Of a stretch of DNA of 64,000 bases, positions 46,420 to 55,407 are shown piece after piece. Numbering within the stretch: position 1 is the first letter of the stretch; each line of letters begins with the position of its first letter. The notes under the pieces are model-generated. The model was not told the DNA's origin. It did not search any database and was given only the letters and a program-made list of their open reading frames with translations. A program made the translations under genes and the position numbers. The DNA comes from Bacillota bacterium (GTDB lineage Bacteria; Bacillota; Sulfobacillia; JAMDAP01). Where the stretch lies: positions 2,024-66,023 of the forward strand of contig JBLNCQ010000144.1 in NCBI GenBank assembly GCA_050260815.1, written 5' to 3'.

Positions 46420-48087
46420 CTAGTGAGCAGCGACGGAGGCCGTCTTGAAGTCCATGTCGGCGCCAACGGCGAAGCGCTGGATGCCTTCAACATAGGGCTT
46501 CTGGATGAAGTTCCAGGCCGGATGGAAGACGGGGGCGATGGGAAGCTCCTCAAGCAGGATCTTCTCAGCGTTCTTCATGGCTTCCATACGCTTGCCCTGG
46601 TCGTCCGTGGTCTTGGCCTCGTTGACGTACTTGTCGTAGTCGGCGTTGGAGTAGAAGGAGTCGTTGTTGCCACCGTCAGTGACCCACATGTCAATGAAGG
46701 TCATCGGATCGTTGTAGTCGCCGCCCCAGCCGGCGAACACGATCTGGTACTGGCCCTTGGTCATGCGGTCCAGGCGGACCTTGAACGCCACGGTCTCAAT
46801 ATTGACCTCGGCGCCCAGGTTCTGCTTCCACATTTCCTGGATGGCCACGGCCCACTTCTTGGCGCGCTCGGAGTCGCCGGAGAGGAAGCTGATGGGCGGC
46901 AGCTTGCTCAGACCCAGTTCCTTGAGGCCGGCTTCCAGGGCGGCCTTGGCGCCCGCCACGTCGGCGGTCGTCTTCAGCACGTCGCCTACCAGGTCCTTGA
47001 AGGGGCCGTTGGCGCCGGCGATGGTGCCGGGGGTGTAGGTGGTGGCGGGGATGGAGCCGTTGGCCAGGACCTTATCCACGAAGGTCTGCCGGTCGATGGC
47101 CAGCGAGAAGGCCTTGCGGATGTTCTGGTTCTTGAAGATGTTGTCCTTGTTGTTGAACTGGATATACCAGGTGGTGGCTTCGGCGCGGGTCTTCACCACG
47201 CCCTTGGACTTGTACTGTTCGAGGAACTCGGCCGGAACGTTAATAACGTCCAGCTCGCCCGCCTCGTACATGTTGACCGGGGTGTTGATGTCCTTGATCA
47301 TGGTCATCTCAACCCGGTCCAGCTTGACGTTGTCCTTGTCCCAGTAGTTGGGGTTCTTCTCCCAGACCATCTTGGACTCGTGCGTCCACTCGGTGATCAC
47401 GAAGGGACCGGAGTAGACCATCTTGTCCGGGTCGGCGGCGTACTGATCGCCGTACTTGGAGACGATGTCCTCACGCTGCGGCAGGTAGGACGGGAAGCTC
47501 AGCAGGCTCAGGAAGTACGGGGCGGGGCTGCCCAGCGTGACTTCCAGAGTCTTGTCGTCGACAACCTTGATGCCGACGTTCTTCATGGCTTCCTCGATCT
47601 TCTGGTCGGCATCGGCGGCCTTGATGTCGATGGCCGAGAGCGCGTCAGCGCCGGCGATATACGCGAACTGATAGGCGTATTCGGAGGCGGTCTTGGGGTT
47701 CATGGCGCGCTTCCAGGCGAAGGCGTAGTCCTTGGCCGTGACCGGCTGGCCGTCGCTCCACTTGGAGTCGCGAAGCTTGAAGGTGTAGGTCTTGCCATCC
47801 GGGGAGACCGTCCAGTCGACGGCCATGCCGGAGCCCTTGGTGGGCGGCTGGTTCTCCTGCTGGCGGATCAGAGGCTCCTGGATGTTGTTCAGCACTTCAA
47901 AGGAAATCTGGTCGGTGCTGGTAGCCGAATCCAGTCCCGGCGGCTCCTCGCCCAGGTTCCAACGCAGGACCATGGGCTTCTTCTCAGCGGTGCCACCGGT
48001 GGAGCCGCCGCTCTTGGAGCAGCCGGCTGCCACGACGCTGACAATCATCAGCGCTGCCAGAACCAGGGCAATGGTTCTCTTCGACAT
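46420..48087 (-). CDS. ABC transporter substrate-binding lipoprotein, family 5 (oligopeptide/dipeptide type)
   Basis: Lipobox AAGCS after the signal peptide; SBP_bac_5 architecture; 555 aa; GAGGGGGA RBS. Confidence 0.85.
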   Translation of the reverse strand: MSKRTIALVLAALMIVSVVAAGCSKSGGSTGGTAEKKPMVLRWNLGEEPPGLDSATSTDQISFEVLNNIQEPLIRQQENQPPTKGSGMAVDWTVSPDGKTYTFKLRDSKWSDGQPVTAKDYAFAWKRAMNPKTASEYAYQFAYIAGADALSAIDIKAADADQKIEEAMKNVGIKVVDDKTLEVTLGSPAPYFLSLLSFPSYLPQREDIVSKYGDQYAADPDKMVYSGPFVITEWTHESKMVWEKNPNYWDKDNVKLDRVEMTMIKDINTPVNMYEAGELDVINVPAEFLEQYKSKGVVKTRAEATTWYIQFNNKDNIFKNQNIRKAFSLAIDRQTFVDKVLANGSIPATTYTPGTIAGANGPFKDLVGDVLKTTADVAGAKAALEAGLKELGLSKLPPISFLSGDSERAKKWAVAIQEMWKQNLGAEVNIETVAFKVRLDRMTKGQYQIVFAGWGGDYNDPMTFIDMWVTDGGNNDSFYSNADYDKYVNEAKTTDDQGKRMEAMKNAEKILLEELPIAPVFHPAWNFIQKPYVEGIQRFAVGADMDFKTASVAAH

Positions 48088-48170
48088 TCCGTTTCCCCCT
48101 CTACACGTTTAGGGTCTCTCTATCTTGGTGCGGAAACCAAATCCCCAACCTGTCATGAACCACCCCTTTG

Positions 48171-48181
48171 CCCCCCCCCCC
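48171..48181. repeat. C11/G11 homopolymer in the oppA-like 5' leader
   Basis: Eleven consecutive C read on the plus strand, between a TTTACA-N18-TAAGAT-like promoter and the RBS (on the minus strand). Confidence 0.8.
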
Positions 48182-48280
48182 GTAAGGAAGGGACCTGTGG
48201 TGGGATTCTTGTGTTCTTTATCTTAGTACATCCCTCATGCAGATGTAAACGATTTTGTAACAGATTTGTCATGGATGGAA

Positions 48281-48316
48281 TTGGAAAACCGCCGGCGAAT
48301 CACCAACTTCGGCGGT
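48281..48316 (-). terminator. hairpin terminator after the ABC-2 permease gene
   Basis: Minus-strand stem ACCGCCG/CGGCGGT with a 15-nt loop, followed by TTTTCC. Confidence 0.5.
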
Positions 48317-48320
48317 TGTT

Positions 48321-49090
48321 TCACTCGTACCGGACCCGCCGGAGGCCGGCCGCCATGAAGACCGCGGCCAGGGTCAGCAGGACGACCAGGGGCCGGGCAA
48401 GACCGCTCCATGAGCCGCCGAGCAGCATCACCTCGCGAAATCCGTCCATAGCCCAGGCCTGCGGCGTCAGGTAGCCGACGCGGCGCATAGTGTCGCTGAC
48501 CAGATCCAGGGGCCAGTAAACGCCGCCCAGCATGGAGGTGGCGGTGACCACCAGGGTGCTGACCGCTCCCTGCTGCTCCGCCGTTCGAACCAGACCGGCC
48601 AGGAACAGGTCGCATCGTCGCCCGCCGGTCCCGCCGCCAGCAGGGCGAGCTGATAGTCCTGCGCCACTCGTGTGGCGGCGCGCGTCAGGATGGGCCCCAC
48701 CCCTGCCTGGAGATTGCCGCCGGGCGGGGCGACAATCTGCAGCTCAGGCGCTTTCCCGCTGTCCAGGCTCTCGCCGAACCCGGCGGGGATGACCAGGCCG
48801 GAGTCAATCCTCCTGTCCACAAAGAGGCGGCGCAGCCCATCCTGCGAGGACGGGACGAGCCTGATATCCTTCTCCTCCTGCAGGGCCGCGGTCAGCGCGC
48901 GGGAAGCAAAGCTCCCGTCCTGGTCGACGATGCCCACCGGGTAGACGCGGCTGCCGCCGGAGGTGCCGCCCAGAATGGCGCCCATCAGCAGGGTGAAGAG
49001 CAGTGGCAGGCCCAGGGCCATCAGGAGCAGGGCGGGGCTGCCAACGGTCAGCCGAAGCTTTAGCCGGGCCACGGACCAGAGCTTTCTCAT
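48321..49090 (-). pseudogene. ABC-2 permease, frameshifted near 48560-48620
   Basis: N-terminal 200 aa in one frame and the C-terminal TM segments (..GGVYWPLDLVSDTMRRVGYLTPQAWAMDGF..) in another. Confidence 0.5.
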
Positions 49091-49093
49091 CGC

Positions 49094-50293
49094 CTACACC
49101 TCCCGCATGGCCAGCCGCCGTGCGCCAAGCAGCCCCGTGACCAGACCAAACGCCGCCAGGACGACCAGCGGCAGGGCCACGGCCGCGGGACCCACGCCGC
49201 CCATCTGGTCCAGGAATCCCTTCAGCCCCCAGTAATTGGGGATGAAGCGGGCCACCACTTGCAGGACGGGAGGGAACAGGTAGAGCGGGAACATCCCCCC
49301 CGACAGTACGGCAAACACGTTTCCCGCCAGGCCGACGGCCATGTCCGCGACGTGGGGGTCGCGCGCGTAGGCGGAGGTCAGGGTGGCAATCCCCGTGCTG
49401 GCCAGGGCACAGGCAAGGCCCAGCAGCAGGGCCGGAACCCACGGACCCCAGTACACTCCGTAGAAGAATCGCGTCCCCAGCATCAGCACCAGGAACTGCA
49501 CGGTGAGCACGGCCATACTGCCCAGAACCTGTCCCGCAACCACCTGCACCGCTGAGGTGGGGGTGGACAGCATGCGGGCCAGCGTGCCGTTCTGGCGCTC
49601 CTGCAGAATGTCGCGGGCGCGGGTGAAGGCGGTCATGATCATGAACATCACCGCCATGGAGGCGGCGTAGTACTGCAGACCGCTGACGGCCCTGGCCCCG
49701 GACGAGACCTCCCGCAGCCTCGGCAGATTCTCGGCCATGACCCCCCCGGTCCCTGCCGCCAGAAGCTGCCGCACCCGCTCCGGATCCAGGGTCTGAACGG
49801 CCAGGCGGCTGAAGGAGACCTGGTCGGCGAAGCTCCCCGCCACCTGCGTGACAATGCCCGCCAGGGTGGGCTGTCCGGGGTCCGTCACCACCTGTATCTG
49901 CGCCGCCCGACCGGCCAGGACGTCGGCGGAATAAGCGGGCGGCACATAGACGACAGCTACGGCGCGGCCGGCCGCCACCTCCGCCTTCGCCGGCGCCAGA
50001 TCGGCGGCAGCGGTGACGGCCATCACCCGGCGCGCCTCGGCGCTGCCGAAGACATCCTCAGCCAGAGTCTTGCCCAGGTTCAGTCCCGGCCCGCCGGGCA
50101 GGGCGGCGCCCTGGTCCTGGTTGACCACAATCACGCGAAACTTGTTGATGGTGCCGTTTCCCATGATGTTGCCCAGGGTTATGCCCAGGATGGCGATGAG
50201 GACCAGCGGCATCACCAGCAGCATAAACAGGGATCGCCTGTCGCGGGCGCTGCGGGTGAGGCTGCCCGCGGCGATCACGAGGACCTTGCGCAC
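49094..50293 (-). CDS. ABC-2-type exporter permease
   Basis: 399 aa; N-terminal TM helix, a large extracytoplasmic loop and C-terminal TM bundle. Confidence 0.75.
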   Translation of the reverse strand: MRKVLVIAAGSLTRSARDRRSLFMLLVMPLVLIAILGITLGNIMGNGTINKFRVIVVNQDQGAALPGGPGLNLGKTLAEDVFGSAEARRVMAVTAAADLAPAKAEVAAGRAVAVVYVPPAYSADVLAGRAAQIQVVTDPGQPTLAGIVTQVAGSFADQVSFSRLAVQTLDPERVRQLLAAGTGGVMAENLPRLREVSSGARAVSGLQYYAASMAVMFMIMTAFTRARDILQERQNGTLARMLSTPTSAVQVVAGQVLGSMAVLTVQFLVLMLGTRFFYGVYWGPWVPALLLGLACALASTGIATLTSAYARDPHVADMAVGLAGNVFAVLSGGMFPLYLFPPVLQVVARFIPNYWGLKGFLDQMGGVGPAAVALPLVVLAAFGLVTGLLGARRLAMREV

Positions 50294-50305
50294 GGGTCAC
50301 ACCTC

Positions 50306-51238
50306 CTAGTCCCGAAGGGCGCGGCCTGTAAGATGAAGGAAGACGGCCTCCAGGTTGGGCTCCTGAACTTCAATGCCCGTCACCTTGCTGCCCTGCCCGG
50401 CAACGGCCGTCATCAGGGCCGGGAGAACGGCGGCGGTGTCATGGACCAGCGCCATCAGGGCTCCTTCCTCGGCACGGACCTGGAGGACCCCGGTCACAGC
50501 GGCCGCGGCCGCTGCCAGGGCCTCGTCAGGACGGGCGACCTTCAGCCGGATGGTGGTGCTGGTTCCCACCAAATGCCTCACTTCGTCCAGGCTTCCGTGG
50601 GCGATGACCTGGCCGTGGTCGATGATGGCCACGCGCTGGCAGAGGTACTCGACCTCCTCCATATAGTGGCTGGTGTAGAGGACGGTCATCGACTTCTCCT
50701 GGTTGAGCCGCCGCACAGTCTCCAGGATGTTGTTGCGGCTCTGGGGATCCACGCCCACCGTGGGCTCGTCCATGATGAGTAGCTGCGGCCGGTGCAGCAG
50801 GGCTGCGGCGATATTGATGCGTCGCTTCATGCCGCCGGAATAAGTATGGATACGGTCCTTCTGACGGTCGCTCAGGCTGACGATCTCCAGCACCTCGTCA
50901 ATGCGACTCTGCAGTTCCCGTCCGGACAGGTCGTAGAGTGAACCCCAGAAGGCCAGGTTCTCACGGGCCGAAAGCGTGGGGTAGAGAGCGACCTCCTGGG
51001 GCACCACGCCCATGACCCGCTTCGCCCTGACCGGATCGCCGGCGATGTTGTGGCCCCCCACGACGACCTCGCCCTGATTCGGGCGGATAAGGCCGCAGAT
51101 GATGGAGATGACGGTGGACTTACCGGCGCCGTTGGGCCCCAGCAGGCCGAAGGACTCGCCGCGGCCCAGCTCAAAACTGACGCCGCGGACGGCCTCCTTG
51201 TCGCCGAACTGCTTGGAGATGTTCTTCACCTGGAGCAT
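50306..51238 (-). CDS. ABC transporter ATP-binding protein
   Basis: Walker [10 protein letters not shown], signature YSGGMKRR, Walker B LIMDEP. Confidence 0.85.
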   Translation of the reverse strand: MLQVKNISKQFGDKEAVRGVSFELGRGESFGLLGPNGAGKSTVISIICGLIRPNQGEVVVGGHNIAGDPVRAKRVMGVVPQEVALYPTLSARENLAFWGSLYDLSGRELQSRIDEVLEIVSLSDRQKDRIHTYSGGMKRRINIAAALLHRPQLLIMDEPTVGVDPQSRNNILETVRRLNQEKSMTVLYTSHYMEEVEYLCQRVAIIDHGQVIAHGSLDEVRHLVGTSTTIRLKVARPDEALAAAAAAVTGVLQVRAEEGALMALVHDTAAVLPALMTAVAGQGSKVTGIEVQEPNLEAVFLHLTGRALRD

Positions 51239-51433
51239 CCGGTCACTCCCCTGACTTTATCCCGCGTCCCGTAACGACCGGCAAATCCCACCCGGTGAAT
51301 AAGGGTTTCGCGCACGCGCCTTGCCGTCCCTCCGCTGCCGCCGTTGTCAGACTTTGCTTGCAGGAAGTGCCGGGGCCCGGGGCGAAGAACGCGGCAGCAA
51401 AAAACCAGGCGAGTGCAGGGAGGTGCGCCGGCG

Positions 51434-51949
51434 ATGGGGATTGACGACCTGTCCCGGGAGGAACTGGTGGTCCTGCTATCGGACTTCGCCAAGCGCTGGC
51501 TGGCGCACGACGGCCTATGGTTCCAGGCCGTGGAGAGCCACTTTGGCATGGACGCGGCCATCCGCCTGGACGAAGAGGCCTGGGAGCGGTTCACGCGGCT
51601 GGAGGGCCGGCGAATCAAGGAGCGGCTTGGGCTGCCGGAGCAGGCGGGCCTGGAGGGGCTGGAGAAAGCCCTGGGCCTTCGGCTGTATGCTCTGATCAAC
51701 GAACAGGAAGCAACGCGCGTGGAAGACGGGAAACTGCTGTTCCGAATGAAGCGCTGCCGCGTGCAGGAAGCGCGTCAGCGCAAGGGGCTGCCGGACTTCC
51801 CCTGCAAGTCCGTGGGCGTCATTGAGTACGCCGGTTTTGCCGAGACCATCGACCCCCGCATCCAGACGCGCTGCGTCACCTGCCCGCCCGACCCGCATCC
51901 GGCCGACCACTTCTGCGCCTGGGAGTTCACCCTGCCGGCGGACGGGTGA
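51434..51949 (+). CDS. hypothetical cytosolic protein
   Basis: 171-aa ORF with a GGGAGG RBS; unknown function, possible ATC-hydrolase-like domain. Confidence 0.45.
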   Translation: MGIDDLSREELVVLLSDFAKRWLAHDGLWFQAVESHFGMDAAIRLDEEAWERFTRLEGRRIKERLGLPEQAGLEGLEKALGLRLYALINEQEATRVEDGKLLFRMKRCRVQEARQRKGLPDFPCKSVGVIEYAGFAETIDPRIQTRCVTCPPDPHPADHFCAWEFTLPADG

Positions 51950-52017
51950 GAGCGTCAGCGGAGCAGTGAACGTCGAGAGCCAAGAGCCACCTTAACGCAT
52001 CCCGAGGAGGTGCCCTG

Positions 52018-52272
52018 ATGAAGGCCGTTCCCGCGTCGGAAGGCCAGGCGGCCCTGCAGCTGCACGTGAAGCTGGACGGGCGGACCCTGGAGGACATGGT
52101 GGAGGAAGTGGCCCGGGCGGCCTGGCAGGCGTCCGGGCAGACGGGGCCCGTGCTGCCGGAGGTTCACGAGGCCGTGCGCGACGCCCTGCGGCACTACGTG
52201 GTGGCCATGGACATCTGCGGCCTGGCCAGCGTCTGCCAGGAGTCCGAGGAGTACGATCCCTGGCAGGCCTGA
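52018..52272 (+). CDS. small hypothetical protein
   Basis: 84-aa ORF with GAGGAGG-N7-ATG. Confidence 0.4.
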   Translation: MKAVPASEGQAALQLHVKLDGRTLEDMVEEVARAAWQASGQTGPVLPEVHEAVRDALRHYVVAMDICGLASVCQESEEYDPWQA

Positions 52273-52354
52273 ACTGCAGACACCGCCCGTAACCTTGTGC
52301 CCGGTGATTTCCCGGCTGCCTGTGGGGCAACACCCTGAAAGTTCGGAACGGTGG

Positions 52355-52404
52355 TTGACTCTGCGGGCAGCCGAACATTACAATGACAGTGAGAACGATT
52401 CTCA
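52355..52404 (+). promoter_or_regulatory. sigma-A-type promoter TTGACT-N17-TACAAT with an overlapping Fur-family 7-1-7 box TGAGAAC-G-ATTCTCA
   Basis: -35 at 52355-52360, -10 at 52379-52384; inverted repeat at 52390-52404, immediately upstream of efeU. Confidence 0.4.
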
Positions 52405-52431
52405 ATGACTCGACGAGGAGGACCGGCAGGA

Positions 52432-53253
52432 ATGGTCTACCCGTTCGTGATATCGCTTCGCGAGGGTCTGGAGGCAGCACTGATCATCGGCATCATGCTG
52501 GCTTATCTGGACAAGACGCGGCGTGCCGGCGCCGGTTACATATGGGCGGGCTCCCTTGGCGCCCTGGCCCTGAGCCTTGCCGTTGGCGTCGGCATGTACC
52601 TCACCGCCGGCCGGCTTTCCGGCGAGGCCATGGACATCTTTGAGGGTTCCGCCATGCTGCTGGCGGTGGTTGTTCTGACCACCATGATCTTCTGGATGAG
52701 AAGCCAGGCCGCCGGACTGAAGGGCAACCTTCAGGAACGCGTTCGGGAGGCCCTTTCCAAGGATATGGGTTGGTCGCTCTTCCTGCTGGCCTTTACCGTG
52801 GTTATCCGGGAGGGCGTGGAGACGGTCCTGTTCCTCATCGCCGGCGCCTTCAGCGCCGGGCAGCCTCTGCTCTACGCGGGCGGAGGCCTGGCGGGCCTGA
52901 TCCTGGCCGCTCTGCTGGGCTACTCCATCTATTGGGGCGCCGGTGTGCTGCCCCTGCGCGCCTTCTTCAACGTCACCAGCGTGACGCTGGTGTTCCTCTC
53001 CGCCGGCATGCTGATGAACGCGCTGACGGAGTTTCACGAGGTCGGCCTGGTGCCGCCGCTCATCGCTCATGTCTGGGACACCTACGGCATTCTGGCGGAC
53101 AGCGCTGGGCCCGGCCGGTTCCTGGCGGCCCTGTTCGGCTACACCGCCGCTCCCTCGCTGGTGCAGGTTGTGGCCTACGCCCTGTACCTGGCCGGCGCCC
53201 TCGGTTACTACTTCTGGCCACAGCAGCGCAGGCAGTCTGGACGGACAGCCTAG
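52432..53253 (+). CDS. efeU: FTR1/EfeU-family high-affinity iron permease
   Basis: Two RExxE motifs (REGLEAAL, REGVETVL) and seven TM helices. Confidence 0.8.
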   Translation: MVYPFVISLREGLEAALIIGIMLAYLDKTRRAGAGYIWAGSLGALALSLAVGVGMYLTAGRLSGEAMDIFEGSAMLLAVVVLTTMIFWMRSQAAGLKGNLQERVREALSKDMGWSLFLLAFTVVIREGVETVLFLIAGAFSAGQPLLYAGGGLAGLILAALLGYSIYWGAGVLPLRAFFNVTSVTLVFLSAGMLMNALTEFHEVGLVPPLIAHVWDTYGILADSAGPGRFLAALFGYTAAPSLVQVVAYALYLAGALGYYFWPQQRRQSGRTA

Positions 53254-53276
53254 ACTTGCCTAAGGAGTACCGGACG

Positions 53277-53642
53277 TTGAGACTCACCGCTAGGAAGATA
53301 GCAGTCATCGCCGTGAGCGCCGCCGTGTTGGCGGGATGCAGCGGCGGGGCCGGACCGGCCGCCGCCGGACGCCAGGTTCATGTCACCCTTACCGAGTTTC
53401 GCATCGAGGCGGACGCCACCTCGTTCAAGCCGGGAGAGAAGGTCCAGTTGGTTCTTGAGAACAAGGGCCGCGAGGATCACGAGTTCGAGAGCGACACCGG
53501 GAACTTCGACGAGGTGAAGGTGCCGGCCGGGACAACCAGGACCGTGTCCTGGACCGCCCCCGCCGCTAAAGGCGTCTACGCGTTTGAGTGTGACATGCCG
53601 GGGCATGACGGCATGGAGATTGAGTTTTCCGTTGCTCCCTGA
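53277..53642 (+). CDS. cupredoxin-like lipoprotein (EfeO N-terminal-like)
   Basis: Lipobox LAGC; plastocyanin-like C-terminus (..ECDMPGHDGM..); AAGGAG-N9-TTG start. Confidence 0.6.
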   Translation: MRLTARKIAVIAVSAAVLAGCSGGAGPAAAGRQVHVTLTEFRIEADATSFKPGEKVQLVLENKGREDHEFESDTGNFDEVKVPAGTTRTVSWTAPAAKGVYAFECDMPGHDGMEIEFSVAP

Positions 53643-53699
53643 GCGGGACCGCCGCCGGAAGCACGCGGCAGGTCGGCATTAAGGCGAGGTCGCAGGGCC

Positions 53700-53730
53700 G
53701 GGTGGGCTAGTTGGCCCACCCCCTTTTTGT
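53700..53730 (+). terminator. rho-independent terminator
   Basis: GGGTGGGC stem with loop TAGTTG pairing to GCCCACCC, followed by CCTTTTTGT. Confidence 0.6.
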
Positions 53731-53849
53731 GGGATGGATTAGCCAAAATGAGCTATAGGACCATCCGTGGCCCGAGGATAAAATGTAAATGTACTGATTC
53801 CAATGAACAGACGTGTTTTTTCAGACGCCCAGGAGGTGCTGCCCATTGC

Positions 53850-55267
53850 GGACTTATAGCTGGACGCAGGTTCCCATGCCGTCCATGGCCGCGGAAGAGC
53901 GGACGAATACGTTTGATGAGGTGGCGCTCGGCTACTCCTATCAGCTTGCCAAGGAGGAAGCCGAGCGTTGCCTACAGTGCAAGCACCCGGCGTGTGAAGA
54001 GGGCTGCCCCAACCATAACCCCATCAAGGAGTTCATCCGTCTGGTCCGCGAGGACCGCATCCTTGAGGCCGCGGAGCTGGACCTTCTGCAGAACGCCATC
54101 CCATCCTGCACTGGCCGCGTCTGCGCCTGGGAGAAGCAGTGCGAGGGCGCCTGCCCCATGACCATCAAGGGCGATAACATCAAGATTGGCGCCATTGAGC
54201 GGTTCATCAGCGATTACGCCCTGGCCCACATGGACGAACTGCACCTGGAACGGTGGCCCAGGCGCTCCCGGGCCCAGAAGGTGGCGGTGGTGGGCGCCGG
54301 CCCTGCCGGCATGGCGGTGGGTCACTTCCTGTCCCGCGAGGGGTATGACGTCACCATCTTTGACTCCTGGATCATGCCCGGGGGCGTCATGGCCTATGGC
54401 ATCCCGGAGTACGTCCTGCCCAACGAGGTCATCCTGCGCGAGGCCAACCGCCTCACGCGTCAGGGCGTCAAGTTTGAAATGGGCGTCACCGTGGGTAAGG
54501 ACATCACCCTGACGGACCTGAAGAAGCAGGGCTACCAGGCCGTCTTCATCGGCATTGGCGCCAACAAGGCGACCATGGCCGGCGTGCCCGGCGAGGACCT
54601 CCAGGGCGTCATGACCGCCAAGGACTTCCTGATGCGCGTGGCCGGAGACGTGATGAGCCAGTACCCCAGCCGGCAGCGGCCCGACACCCTGGAGGTGGGG
54701 GAGCGGGTCATCGTGGTGGGGGCCGGCAACACCGCCATGGACGCAGCGCGCACCGCCATCCGCCTGGGGGCGCGGGAGGTCAAGATTGTCTACCGCCGCA
54801 CGGAGTCAGAGAGCCCATCCCGGCCCATTGAGATCCACCATGCCAGGGAAGAGGGCGTGGAGTTCGAGTACCTGGTCAACCCGGTCCGGTTCCTGGGCGA
54901 CCAGGACGGGCGCGTCACCCACGTGGAGCTGCAGCGGATGCGCCTGGGCGCTCCGGACAAGTCCGGGCGTCCGCGCCCCGAGCCCATTCCCGGCTCCGAG
55001 TTCCTGATGCCCATTGACACCGCCATCCTGGCCATCGGCTATAGCCCGGAACGCGACCTCACCTCGAAAGTCGAAGGGCTGCAGCTGGACAAATGGGGCT
55101 CCATTGTGGTCAACCCGGAGACCGGCGCCACGTCCATCGAAGGCATCTTTGCCGGCGGCGACGTGGTCACCGGCGCCAACACGGTGGTGCACGCCGTGGC
55201 CGCGGGACGCAAGGCGGCGGAAGCCATCCGGCGCTACCTGGAGGACAAGGCGCGCGCCCTGGCCTGA
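53850..55267 (+). CDS. glutamate synthase small-subunit-like NAD(P)H oxidoreductase (GltD/SudA family)
   Basis: N-terminal 2x[4Fe-4S] Cys region, FAD and NADPH GxGxxG motifs (VAVVGAGPAG, VIVVGAGNTA); start tentatively TTG after AGGAGG. Confidence 0.75.
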
Positions 55268-55407
55268 TCGCCCACAGGTGGACAGACTGCCTTAGAAGAA
55301 TTCGTGACGGCCAAGCAGTGCCAAGCCCGATCTTCCCGGCGGCAGTCCCCTATGGCGTGCCGACGTGGGAGGACGCGGCTTGGCACTTTGCGTTTGCTCG
55401 GCACGAT

